From Fistulifera solaris (lineage: Eukaryota), in NCBI GenBank assembly GCA_030295235.1, contig AP026141.1, positions 1 through 64,000 on the forward strand: DNA of 64,000 nucleotides, in the 5' to 3' direction. Below the pieces are notes generated by a model, which had not been told where the DNA came from, ran no database searches, and saw nothing but the letters and a program-made list of their open reading frames with translations. The position numbers and the translations under genes are program-made. Numbering within the stretch: position 1 is the stretch's first letter; the number at the start of each line of letters is the position of its first letter. Positions 1 through 11,708 of this stretch are shown in pieces.

Positions 1-324
1 CCCTAACCCTAACCCTAACCCCTAACTCCTAACCCTAACCCTAACCCTAACCCTAACCCTAACCCTAACCCTAACCCCTAACCCCAACCCTAACCCTAAC
101 CCTAACCCTAACCCTAACCCTAACCCTAACCCTAACCCTAACCCTAACCCTAACCCTAACCCTAACCCTAACCCTAACCCCAACCCTAACCCTAACCCTA
201 ACCCTAACCCTAACCCTAACCCTAACCCTAACCCTAACCCTAACCCTAACCCTAACCCTAACCCTAACCCTAACCCTAGCCCTAACCCTAACCCTAACCC
301 CAATCCTAACCCTAACCCTAACCC
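1..324. repeat. Telomeric repeat (CCCTAA)n, i.e. TTAGGG on the minus strand; chromosome end
   Basis: About 53 tandem CCCTAA units from base 1, with a few variants (CCCCAA, CCCTAG, TCCTAA), ending abruptly at ~324. Confidence 0.99.
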
Positions 325-784
325 CATTTTGACGATTTGCGTACCAAAATTGAAATCTCAGTTTTTGTTTCGGCCCCAAACCCCATTTTTTGGGTCCGGT
401 TAGCCAGCGATTTTCAGAAATGGTAGTACCGGACCGACAGAAAAAGTACCCCATTTTCCATTATTTTTGGGCCCCGGTTAGCATCAGCCTTAGGAGTAGG
501 AGGTGGTCGGAAATTTTCACGATGCACTCTGGCCAGAAACGGAATGACCGATTACGTCATCGTTGCGTCACGAAAAAATTTTTTTCAAAAAAAAAAAAAC
601 TAGCTCTGTGAGTGAGGGCTTCATTTAGTCAAGTAAGATAGTTCAAATAATTTGAAGATTACTAACAAACTATCCATATTGGTCGCAGAGTATTGATAAG
701 CTTGCTTTGAACGAGCTGAAAGTTAGAGATAAAGAAAAGTTGCCGCTCGAATAATTCAAAAATAATTTGGGTTGCGGTTGCGTC

Positions 785-1350
785 TTATGATCGCCCATTC
801 AAAGACCGATGAGAAAGATGCTTCAAAAATCCTTTCCTGGCAACTTTCCGCGTTTGCGATTTCTCGGTTGACATTTCACTTTGATATGCAGCGGCATCTT
901 TGGCATCTTTCCAAGCGATTTCCTGCGCCTTTCGGACAGCATTCGACGCGAAATATGCATACATTTCTTCATTCTTCTCCAACACTGAAACTCGCGCAGC
1001 TTGCACTCTGGCTTGGTCTCCTGCTTTCATCTGCTCTAGTCCTCGAAAAGTGTTCTCATCTTCGCTGATCTTTCCGACTGATGCCAGTAACTCAACGAGA
1101 ACTTTCGCTTCGGTACGAATCTTGTTGTACTCGGAATTCGTAAACCACAAGCTATCTTTTCTCTTTTTTTCTTTGTTGCAATTTTCTCCACAGTGTGTAT
1201 CTCCACTTTATCATCACTGAATGATACGGATCTTCGAACGGAGCGCCTTGAGAGTGACTTGCTGGTCGAACACGAACGGAGAGATGATTTTGAAGGGGAG
1301 AAATCGGCTGTGACTTCAATCGATTTTCGCGATCGATTCCGTTCACTCAT
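785..1350 (-). CDS. Uncharacterised SVSF/LWF/RGLE family protein, paralog 1 (one homopolymer frameshift near 1157-1170)
   Basis: ORF 1036..1350 (RRSVSFSDDKVEIHTVEKI) joins ORF 785..1150 (LWFTNSEY..FRGLE..ARVSVLE..EMYAYFASNAVRKAQEIAWKDA). Same motif order as the genes at 22, 25 and 27 kb. Confidence 0.75.
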
Positions 1351-1732
1351 TGTTTCGAAGTTTTGAAAACAACCTTAGATTAATAATGAATTAAGCGAAA
1401 TAGAGCACTCTTGTTGAATTTTTTATAAAGTTTCAATTGCCGACGACAAGGCCGAAGCGGAAGCAAGAAATAATGGCTCAAAGCAAAAGCGGAAGGACGA
1501 TGCCCGATAAAACTTCCAGAAGTACCTGGTAATAAATGTCCTCTAGGAGATTCTTGGCTGTTCGTAATTTCCAATTTCCTACATGAACTGTCAAATGCCT
1601 TTAAGATTGATAGTTGAAGATTGTGGCAATGTCGGTCATTGGTCACGAGACACTTATTACTTATCAAGATAATGTCCATGTCTGGTGTGTCCGCTTCATT
1701 CTTCATTCACACTTGTTAAAAATACAGTTAAT

Positions 1733-1902
1733 TGATAAGTCAATGAGTGATAAGTGATAAGTGACAAAGTCACAAGCCGCGAGCCACAAGCCACAAGTGG
1801 CGATCGTTGATCGTTGATCGTTGATCGTAGATTGTTCGTCTTAGCGTCTAGCGTTTAGATTCATGCGTCTAGCGTCTAGCGTCTCTAGAGCAAAGAGCAA
1901 TG
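1733..1902. repeat. Mosaic of drifting heptamer tandem repeats
   Basis: TGATAAG, TCACAAG/CCACAAG, TCGTTGA x3, TCTAGCG x3 and AGCAAAG/AGCAATG units in a near-continuous 7-bp register. Confidence 0.85.
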
Positions 1903-2122
1903 CCAAGTCGTGCTAAACAAACTCTGACCTCTCAGTCTTGGTTTCACCTCAATGATCAGGATGATTCGACTCTGGCGCCTCAAGCTGCATCTCGGGCCGA
2001 AGTTCATCCCTTAACGAGATGATAAAGGACGTTTAACGATATAAATGACAAATGCATACCAGGTACCCTTCATCGATTTACCCACGACGGCGTAGCTAAC
2101 TACTCCGTATTACTTATTCTTA

Positions 2123-2959
2123 TTATTGATCCACTATACTATGGGTCGGGATGTGTTGAACACGTTGTGGATGTCGTTCTCGATGATGCCGAAGCGCTTG
2201 TTGAGCGGCTTCCAAAAAACCTCCACTGCCTTCCTTGTGGTTCCAATGCCATTGTTGCATGCCTTCCAAAATACAGTCTACATTAAAGGGCTCTTGTGGA
2301 TCCCATCCCTCTAACGTAGGCCAGCGAGCAAGCGACAACTCCATCTTTTCGGCTCGCAATCGACTTCTGTTCGGTTGAACGCGGCGATCAATGAGCATAC
2401 CGACTATCATCACACGAGGAGGAGGCTCGACAGGATCTAAAGCGCGGGGTGCATCCGGGGATAAGTAAACGGCTTGATGGTTGACAAAAGCTTCTAAGGA
2501 GAGCTCGGAAACCGAAATATGATCGGGTAAAGCGTCCTTCGGCCATATTTCGAGAAGGCGAGATAGGAGCGCCTCAGGATCAGGGCATGCGACAACTTTG
2601 ATGGTTGCTTTGGAAATATTCTTTGCGGAATCTTGCCACAGCAGAAAATTAACAAGTTGCTTGGCAATCGCATTTAGCCGCTCTTTACGAGGTCTCTCCT
2701 CACGGGGTAATCCGTAACCCATGTCGCACAAAATTAAAGGGGTATCTTCTTCTTTTGAAATACAAAGGCTCCGCGTTAGCGCACTCGTTAGGGCGTCAAG
2801 ATTATTGTCGGAAACTTCGTGCATTTCGCCGGTAACGATCAAATTGATATCGACGATATCGACTTCTTTCGGCGATGTTTGAGATGCGTACGAAGAGGAT
2901 GAATTTCGCCGCAAAAGTTCTCTCCTTTCAAAGATGAAAAGCGCTATCATTATCAACAC
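2123..2959 (-). CDS. TRM10-like SPOUT tRNA methyltransferase domain protein (first in-frame ATG at 2824)
   Basis: C-terminal motifs AVYLSPDA, VMIVGMLIDR and RAEKMELSLARWP match the TRM10 pattern (YL(S/T)xD, IGGxVD, ARLP). Confidence 0.65.
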   Translation of the reverse strand: MLIMIALFIFERRELLRRNSSSSYASQTSPKEVDIVDINLIVTGEMHEVSDNNLDALTSALTRSLCISKEEDTPLILCDMGYGLPREERPRKERLNAIAKQLVNFLLWQDSAKNISKATIKVVACPDPEALLSRLLEIWPKDALPDHISVSELSLEAFVNHQAVYLSPDAPRALDPVEPPPRVMIVGMLIDRRVQPNRSRLRAEKMELSLARWPTLEGWDPQEPFNVDCILEGMQQWHWNHKEGSGGFLEAAQQALRHHRERHPQRVQHIPTHSIVDQ

Positions 2960-3378
2960 TCTACATTAATTAATAGCCGTAAAGTCTATAAAAGAAACAA
3001 AAATTCGCCGTCTTCGAAATAGATAAAGCATGAAGCTGTTCGCGTCATGATGATGCAGCGCAACAAGAATGGCATCCGATGATGCATTACACGTGACTCC
3101 AAATTAGTCGTGTATGTGACTAGTTTTTAGTTTTTTCTGTATCATCAAGCTGAGGATTCATGTATCAAGAAGGCTTGAAAAAAGCAGCTCAATCCCGTAA
3201 ATCCTAGGTCAATGATCAGTTGTATTTGGCAACAACATTCTGCCGACGGAGTAATCAAAATCTTCTTTGACTTCTCGGTGACCCTTAGCACAATTATCGA
3301 CAATGACGAATGTTCACTTACTACTCTCATGCTGGTAATGACGTAACTAATACGTTAATGGCTGTAATTTGTCTTGTT

Positions 3379-4734
3379 TTAGGGTTCGTCTGATAGCTCA
3401 CGCAAAAGACTTGTAACAGGTTTCGCGAATCGCATCTGGTTTTTTTCGACCGCACGGTGTATAGCCATGAGCACTTCCATTCGATTATCCCAGTATTCGT
3501 CCACAATTGGCTTAATAGTAAAGTACGAGTTGACTGTCACTTCGAGATAGTCACGATGATAGTCAGTCCAATGTACTCGAAAAGGTCGAGTGCCATCCGT
3601 GATGAGTTTAGGACATGACTTTTCAATTTCTTCTTTGATATCTTTGATTAAGGACGGTAATTTCTTAACGTCTTGATAGTGAAAACGCAAAACCTGCCGC
3701 ACTTGACTGTAATATACTCGACTCAGATTGCTCACTTTGGATTTGGCTAAATCACTGTTAGGAACACTGACGCTAGCTTCATCCCCCGCACGCACGAGAG
3801 TCTCCATCCACCCTTGTCGTGTAACGACACCAACAACTCCATTTCCAAAAGACACGACATCGCCTTCATAGAATCGATTGCTACTAGCTAGCATGAGTCC
3901 GTTGAGTAGTTGTTTCGCTAGATCTTGAAAGGCCAAAGATATGACCAACGTGGTAGCTGAACCGAATGCCAAAATTCCCGACGCCGCTACACCCAATTGA
4001 ACTTTCAGCACATCGAGAACAAGGAAGTACGACAGTCCCCGCAATATCACATCCAGTATCCGATCGAGAACTTTGGCACGTCCATACAAATTCCCTTTGA
4101 CGTTCAGTGCTGTGGCAATTGCCCATCGCTTGATAGCACACAACCGGTTCGCGGCCCACAGCGTGTAAACGCATTTCGCATACAAAATGTGCAAGGGCGG
4201 CAGATTAGGTATTCCCATATGCTTCAATCCGACCGTAATCATATCTACGCCGTAGACTGAAGTTGCGATTTGGGCTATTTGCGATCCAGCTGTTGCCAAA
4301 TTGTAGGGCAATTTCTTTTTAATGACGCGCTCTAGAGCCGGATCATCTTTGTTACGAACACCAATGATCCAATCGAGCCACGGAATCATTCCCCATCCCA
4401 CAGCTGTCAGTAGAAAGATATCTCGCCAGTGTACAATACTGAAAGCCCCATGCACAAAGAGATTTAGATTTTCCAGTGTCCACCATTTACTGAAAGCCGC
4501 GAATCTGCCGGCCAGTGTGGTAGGATGTGCATGGGTCGCTGCGCGCGCTGGAAGCACAGTTGACCTAATAGGGGTTGCTTTTGCGGCAGCTGGAAAAGAT
4601 GAAAGCGATAGAGTCTTCGAACGATGACCTTGCCATTGCGGAAAGACGACAAATGCGCGTGTTGTCGTCGCAATCGATAAGCAGATTATTGAAAGTTTTT
4701 GAAATGATGTGATAGCGTGCTGTTTCTTTCTCAT
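3379..4734 (-). CDS. MscS-family mechanosensitive channel, probably plastid-targeted
   Basis: SLAFQDLAKQLLNGLMLASSNRFYEGDVV..GVVTRQGWMETLVR..VSVPNSDL..VSNLSR; N-terminal signal peptide ending ..TTRAFV. Confidence 0.9.
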   Translation of the reverse strand: MRKKQHAITSFQKLSIICLSIATTTRAFVVFPQWQGHRSKTLSLSSFPAAAKATPIRSTVLPARAATHAHPTTLAGRFAAFSKWWTLENLNLFVHGAFSIVHWRDIFLLTAVGWGMIPWLDWIIGVRNKDDPALERVIKKKLPYNLATAGSQIAQIATSVYGVDMITVGLKHMGIPNLPPLHILYAKCVYTLWAANRLCAIKRWAIATALNVKGNLYGRAKVLDRILDVILRGLSYFLVLDVLKVQLGVAASGILAFGSATTLVISLAFQDLAKQLLNGLMLASSNRFYEGDVVSFGNGVVGVVTRQGWMETLVRAGDEASVSVPNSDLAKSKVSNLSRVYYSQVRQVLRFHYQDVKKLPSLIKDIKEEIEKSCPKLITDGTRPFRVHWTDYHRDYLEVTVNSYFTIKPIVDEYWDNRMEVLMAIHRAVEKNQMRFAKPVTSLLRELSDEP

Positions 4735-5381
4735 TTTCTTGTTTCTTTTGTAAATGCTTTTGTAAATGCCGGTATACACTTTGTGTGATTGTGTTAATAG
4801 TTTGAAAATCAAGAAGGACTCGATGATCAATGTGCTGGTGTCAGCGCAATCGTTCGTTTTTCAGATTTGCTTTCTGTAAGTAGCGGTAATTCGCCCCTCA
4901 CAAATGACGCCTGAGTGAGCCTATTAAAGATCGCTTTCTAAAATAAGATTAATGAAAGAATGATTGCTGCCTATACCTTTCGAATGGATGCAAAACGACC
5001 AAATGCGCCTTCGAGCCAATACCAGGTAACGCAACGAACGAAAAAAAAAAATAAGATGCGACAACAACCCACAATACAGCGCGAGTAAATACCGCGCGGC
5101 GACTTCGATCGAAGAGAAAACGTCAGTCCCATACCTGGTAAACAATGAGAACCGGAACGACTAGAAACTCAGACCCGCAAACTCTCGTCCTCTGTTTTTC
5201 GTTCGAAAGCGAGAAAAGATATCTTCGGACTTCGGAGCGCTTATTTGCAAGTTTGACGATGGCGCTCATTATTTTCTTTTCATTCTATTTATTTGTCAGT
5301 CATCCACGACACTTTATACTATTCACTCGGTTTTATGAGTCTCTTTAGAATAATTTATAATTATCGCAAACAACAACTACT

Positions 5382-6817
5382 ATGAAGACAAAAAACAAAA
5401 GTATCTCCAAAGCGTTTGCCTGGGTCACGCTGTTCCTCATTGCTTCATTAACATCAAGAAACACCGAACAAGGAAAATCTTCTTGCATTTCCGTACACGC
5501 TTTCTCGCTGATGATACCGAAATCTGCGTCTCTGGGCCCTCAGAAAGGCAATCTTCTTGCATTCAGCCGTAAATTCGATCCTTTTCAATTATCCCGACAA
5601 CCTTCGCAGAGATTCGCTACTTCTCCTATCGCAACATCAGCGACAACTTCGCTGACAGCATCAACGGCGACTCTATTAATGCGCGATCTCATACTGCTGG
5701 CTTCCTTCGGGTGGTTCTTGTTACCAGTTGTACGACAACAAATGAATCGAATGATAGGGCAACACAAAGTACGGCATTTATTCCGATCGAATACAGGCTT
5801 GCAAATATTACAAGCCCTCACGCAATTGTTCCAAGTTGGAGCAGCTGTTTATGCATGGGATGCATTACAATTGATTTGAGAGGTCATGCCTGGTTTCCAC
5901 CCAATTTGGTGTCATCAGCGGGTCTTACATGGTGGTGTACAGAACAAATTGTTCGTCTGCAACATATCTTCCTGCTTCAATCGCAAAAGAGTACACAACA
6001 ATTGCGCGGACGACGTCAAGTGATCGATCGAATCGGGCAAGTCTTTTGGCGGGCACTCGGTATTTACGTTTGGATGGATTCCCTGCAGATCCGATTGCCG
6101 AGCCGTTTCTTAGCACTCAGTGGAACTACAACTTTAGTTCTTACTCTGGCGTTTCAGGATTTGGCACGATCGTTTCTCAGTGGACTATTCATTGCCAGCA
6201 GCAATCGATTCTATGAAGGAGATGGTATCGAAATTGATGGACTCAAAGGAAAAGTCATCCAACAAGGCTTCATGGAAACCATTATTCGCAAAGGAGATGA
6301 AGTCTTGGTCAGCGTCCCGACGATCGATTTGGACAAGAAACAGCTTGTCAATCGCAGTCGTGTGTACACATCGCAGGTGGAACTGACATTACGTGTGAAC
6401 TACGATCATGTGGGACAATTGTCGCAGTTTGTAAAAGATGTACAAGCCGAAATACAAAAAGCATGTCCAAAACTGATAACGGATAACACACGCCCTTTTC
6501 GTGTTCACTGGACCGATTATGAAACGGATCATTTGACGGTAGCTATCAACAGCTACTATCGTATTCTTCCAGGATCTGACGAGTACTGGGATAATCGTAT
6601 GGAAGTGTTGAGTGCGGTGAATCGCGCCGCCGAGCGCAACGGGATTCGCTTTGCACATGCAGCTGCTCTCTTGGGACGTGACGGAGTGATGAGTCGTAGA
6701 ACAGATCAAGAAGACAATACAGCGAGCGAGGATCTTTCCAGTCACCAAGAGTTATTGCGGTCGGAAGAAGTGATCATGGAAAACGAAGTCACAACATCTG
6801 ATGACTTTGTGGCGTAG
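5382..6817 (+). CDS. MscS-family channel, divergent paralog (frameshift ~5875)
   Basis: ORFs 5382..5879 and 5711..6817. TLAFQDLA..SSNRFYEGD..CPKLITDNTRPFRVHWTDY..DEYWDNRMEVL closely matches the gene at 3.4-4.7 kb. Adding one T to TTGATTTGAGA restores LILRGH. Confidence 0.85.
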
Positions 6818-6914
6818 TCTTTTGTGAGTGCTACCAATATTTCATGCTGTTTGAATCTTCACTATTTATTTACACTAGGCTGCTACGTGCGCATCCTTTC
6901 ATTCGCCTAAAACG

Positions 6915-7667
6915 CTAGACTAGTAGAAGCATCAAAGCCCCAAAGATCTCAAAGAGCTGCACGCGGTATGCACTGGAAAGAGAGACAGGTTGAGGTTCAC
7001 TGGGTGCTTGATTCAAAGGAACTGATGCCATTGGTGTTGCATCGGGAGGCAGGTTCGCTGCAGGAGTCAAAGAAGGCCGAGTGGTGATCACTGGCTCGTC
7101 TCCACCGGTCGGATTCAGGCTTGAAATCGTGCTCACAGTGGAAGGTTGAGGAGTTTGCGGCATACTAGGCGATGCTGTCGGAGGACTGGCTGTGGGCTCG
7201 TACCATGTCGGCCACTCACTTTTAACACTACTCGGAGCAACGGATGTCGATATACCATCAGGAATAGAGCATCGATCTGGATTACAGGAGCCACTTTTGA
7301 TGTTAAAGGACCAGCCTGACTCGGGCAAAGGAATACAAGGAGAGTTGATCGACCATCCCGATCCGTCAAAGTTGTTGTTGTATCGAGGCTGATCGTCGCA
7401 ATCGGTGCACGCAGAATCGCGACAGTTTGCATTGATGAAGAAAACGCGATCGTTTTCACAAACAGCTTGATAATACGGCCCAGGGCCCGTCGGTCCGGTA
7501 GATTGTCCTCGACATTTGCCGTCGGCAGTGATTGTAGTCTGTACAAACGCGGTATTGAATCGTTCGCATTCGTCTACGTCAAAGAAGCGCATGCTGTAAG
7601 AGCATGCTTGCTGTGCCGAGGAGATCTTTGAGATGATGAGGAACGCGATTATGGTGAGAGATTGCAT
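6915..7667 (-). CDS. Secreted Cys-rich protein with Pro/Ser/Thr-rich stalk and probable GPI-anchor signal
   Basis: Signal peptide (..ISSAQQ), Cys-rich N-domain, PTASP repeats, SSA followed by a hydrophobic C-terminus. Confidence 0.75.
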   Translation of the reverse strand: MQSLTIIAFLIISKISSAQQACSYSMRFFDVDECERFNTAFVQTTITADGKCRGQSTGPTGPGPYYQAVCENDRVFFINANCRDSACTDCDDQPRYNNNFDGSGWSINSPCIPLPESGWSFNIKSGSCNPDRCSIPDGISTSVAPSSVKSEWPTWYEPTASPPTASPSMPQTPQPSTVSTISSLNPTGGDEPVITTRPSLTPAANLPPDATPMASVPLNQAPSEPQPVSLSSAYRVQLFEIFGALMLLLV

Positions 7668-8285
7668 CTTCGACTAGTTTTCGAGGGTGATTCACGAGCA
7701 AAATTGACGTCTTTTCGTCTATTTTATTTGCGTTGAGCGCACTAATAGCGATTATTCTATCAAATGCACTCTTTATTGTTCATTGTGAAAGATGTTCATG
7801 TTGCGAGCTCCTTTCATTTTTTTGTCGAATTTTTCGACCCATCCGCCGACGCCATCCTCTATTGCCATTCATGTGTCGACTATGTCATGAAACGTGTTCT
7901 ATCCGTTGACGTGATTTAAAACACGTCTTACCGCTATCAAAAAACGCCTTCACGCACGATCAGCTAACACTTGCTACTGTTGGTATTAGTGATTAACTCA
8001 GTCATAAGTGATATTTCAAAGCAGACCAATTATGATAAAAGCTTGAGATGCGCCCCATCGCACCACGAAAAATAGATAAAGTAGAAGAAGCATGAAGGAA
8101 CTTGTCAGAGTTTAGACTTTACTAATTTGTTCTTACAAGAATCTTTCTTTGTGATACCTGGTAGTGAGCAATTATTGTCCTTTCATTCAACAAACAGGAA
8201 ACTCCAGACGAACCGTTCAGTTCTCAGTGTTGGTGGTTGCTAACGTAAACAGCAGAAGCGATCTATAGTACTCCGTAAGATAAAT

Positions 8286-9237
8286 CTAGGCTTCTTGAGG
8301 AGCCGATTCTTTCATGGGTGCCGGAGCTGTTGTTGTCGTCAACCGAATACCAACAAGACGCTGCTCTGCATCTACCTTGACGACCTCCGCGGTAACACCT
8401 GGTCCAAAGAACGTTTCATACTTCTTGACGCGGCGTTCGTCCGCCCACATCTTGTACGGGGTATCCAACGATTGCCAAACCATGGTGAAGGCCAAGTCGA
8501 CACGATTTTCAGCGACCTCTTCACGCAACTCTCGCAACTGAGGATACGCTTTACCAGGAACGACGAGGCCCAATTTTTTCACGGTCGTATCTAGATGCGC
8601 TTCGTCTCCATAACGGTGGCGTGTGACGTCCTGCTTAATCTTTCTCATTGTTTCTGTAGCTTTCTTTTCAAACAAGCCCTCCGCTTTGGGTTGCGTGAAT
8701 GCCGGCACTGGCTCAATTTCGGCATACTTTAACGCAGAACCCGCCAAGAAAATCGGAATTCCGTAAACAAAACCCAAACCACTCATGGATCCTTCATCTT
8801 GCGCCAAATATTCCGCAAACGATGCGATGGTAATGAGCAAACCCAATCCGATAACGGAGTTTCCCAATGAAAATCCACGAATCTCAAAAGGAGGCTCTCC
8901 TGCATTATTCACACCAGCACCGCCGATCATGGCGGATTTAGGAGCATTCCAGCCGCTATCCTGAAGTGATACGAAAGAAACAACATGAGTTGATGATAAT
9001 ACGGCAAAAAGGTGACAGTATGTAAGGAATCTAATCGAGCACAATCAACTTTTAGTTTCCCCAACTCACCTCCTCAGACATGTGCAAAGGTCTGTTATCA
9101 CTGCTGTAAGTACGTCTTGTCGATTGCTCTTGCGTGAAAGAAGTTGTCGTCGACGAGGTAGGGCTGACGACAAAGGCGCTTGTTGTTGAGTAAAACAACG
9201 CGCTTGTAAGGGTTGCAACAAATATTTTCGAGTGCAT
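8286..9237 (-). CDS. APE1: DUF2854 thylakoid membrane protein (APE1/Slr0575-like), plastid-targeted, intron 9069..8961
   Basis: Exon 1 has signal plus TSAFVVSP. The GT..AG intron joins in phase to GFVYGIPIFLAGSALKYAE..KQDVTRHRYGDEAHLD..FFGPGV, which is typical of DUF2854. Confidence 0.85.
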
Positions 9238-9744
9238 GATAAGGAAAGTCACCGATTATCGTTTCACAAAAGCGTAGAGGAAATAAATAATGACACCAGG
9301 ACGTCTCCAAGCATACAACAACAACTTATTGAGTTGACGCAGACGAAACGAGGCCGCGTTGGTGTTTTGGAGTCATCTTGAATTTACGTCGGAACGAACA
9401 CATCATCCGATCTCGCCTATCTCGTCCGCGCGTGACGTGTGACGTAGCCACACTCGTGACTCATGACGACTAATGACTAATGACTGTTTTTTTTACAAAG
9501 TTATAAGTAATATACGTCCGTCCTTCACACGCGTTCCGCATGCGTTTGATCGCGACGATCGTTCTCACAAATTTTTGGCAACAAAAACGTTTCCTCCTCG
9601 ACGCATTTTTATTATTCATTCATGGCATCGCAAGAGAAACACTCCCTCTTTTATCCCTCTTTCGTGGAAAACACATCATGAACATATCACACACAAAAGT
9701 AACGACGAGCAATTGTAAAGCTGCGAAAAGTAGACACGGAAAAG

Positions 9745-10794
9745 ATGAATATCCGACGAAAATATAATTGCATTTCGTTTCTTTCTGTCCATTGTTTCAT
9801 CGTGACGAATCTTTCGTCGGCAAACGTATTCAATGCGACAAGTCAACTTCGCGGGGTTTCTACCCCTGAATCCTCTTCTACTATCACCGTCGAGCAACCA
9901 TTTTCGCTCTCTTGTGGGTCGCATCGTAGCTCTTTGGGGGGCGAAGAAGACGATATCGATCTTATCAACTACATTCATTCTCGAGAAAGGCGGTTGAATA
10001 TAAAGCAGGTAACAATCCCCGTGTGCTTTCATATTCTGACAGATGACAACGGCGTGAACGCTCTTTCTTCCGAGCAGCTTCAAACTCAATTGGACGTTCT
10101 CAATCGAGCATATAGTTCGGCTTCGTGTTGTGATTCTACGATGGAATGGTGTAGCGCTCAATCCTGTTCCGTCGAAACAGGATTCCGTTTTGCATGGGCG
10201 CAAATGGATTCATTGAGGCGAAATTTGATTGCAGATGCAACAGTTTCACACATTTCGGATCAAAATGCTTGCATCATTGCTTACAAAAAGCGAAACTGGA
10301 CGAGGTTCTTGGGTTTTCTGGGATCCTCGTCTCCGCCAAATGAAACGGAGACTCCGCAAAGGTGATGCGACAACACTCAATGTCTATTGGACTGATTTCA
10401 TGACCCTGAAAATAGCCGGATACTCAACGTTCCCCTCTACGTACTGGCGATGCGTGTTGGAGTATGTGTTGGTGGATCAATTACTGAGTATTCACAAGGA
10501 GCCATGCTGGCGCACGAAGTAGGTCACTGGCTAGGGTTGTATCATACATTCGAAGATGGTTGCTCTGCTCGATCGGATAGAATTGATGATACACCTCGCG
10601 AGCTCGAAGCATTTCGAGGTTGTGGTCAAATAGAAGGTTTTCCGCTCAATCGCGATTCTTGTCCCAACGATGGAGGAAAAGACCCCATTCACAATTTCAT
10701 GGATTATGCTTATGACGAATGCAAGTTCGAATTTACACAAGGTCAGGTGCAGCGCATGCAAGCATCGTATGAACGATACCGACAGGGAAAATAG
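9745..10794 (+). CDS. M43 (pappalysin/ulilysin-like) zinc metalloprotease, frameshifted near 10300 and 10450
   Basis: TIPVCFHIL..QLDVLNRAY; LRKGDATTLNVYW..GYSTFP; HEVGHWLGLYHTF zinc motif; DPIHNFMDY Met-turn; FTQGQVQRM. Confidence 0.88.
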
Positions 10795-11708
10795 TGCGGC
10801 AGTCGGCCAGAGCTGATTTAGGTCATTATATTTGCGCCTCATTCATTTCGTCGGGAAAACAGAAGAATTATATCTAATCGTGCTCACGGCCAACTGCTTA
10901 ATTTCACTGATCGCTGATCGCGCAAGAAGTCTTCTTACCACTTGCTTTCACTGCTGTATCCGTTTGGGGGGCATCATTCGATTGCGGTCAGTCAGTTGGG
11001 AGAAATTGATGGTAACCGGTGCATAAACAATCAAAGTGCATTGTTGAACTGCCTGCCAAAGTTCAAAACGACGTCAACATCAAAAATCTAACCATGAACA
11101 TCCGTTATGCATCCCTTAAATCGTCCTACTGCCGCAACTGGAAATGACACATCAGCGTATCAGTTCCTTTGTGCGACTTTGCGAGATTGTCAATCACCCA
11201 GATGCCTACTTGAATTCGGTAGTTGGATGGAAATCCTATCAAGTTGACTTGAAGAAAGTATGAAAGTGAACGATATTGTTATCGGTTATCGGGCCGAAGG
11301 CAATAAATTTTAGTCAGAATGTGTCACGGCTTTACAGTTATACTGCCAAGTCCATGTCAAACGTGTGGCATCGCAACTTGCTACTGCAGCAACTTTGGTA
11401 TGCTTTTCAAAGGCCTCGAATTGTGACGAGCGGAATAATGCTGATAGTGCAATGAAAGCCAACGCACTAATCTTCTCAGACGTGCGAGATCATACCGGCT
11501 TCCACAGCCGTACGACAGCGCTTATCATTTCGAGACCTAAAATATCACTTGAAACCGTCACGTTGGCATTTATGGCGATGATAGCCGATTGCATAATGAG
11601 CACGGCATTCAAAAAAACGGTATTCACATCCTCTTGCTCGGTCTTTGCCAACAAAGACGTTTCAATTTGTTTTCCGGAGATAGAATTGGGCTTCGTGACA
11701 TCTGAGCT

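Noticed and set aside
22..454. GLGLGL and VRVRVR ORFs
   Set aside because: They are simply translations of the telomeric hexamer.
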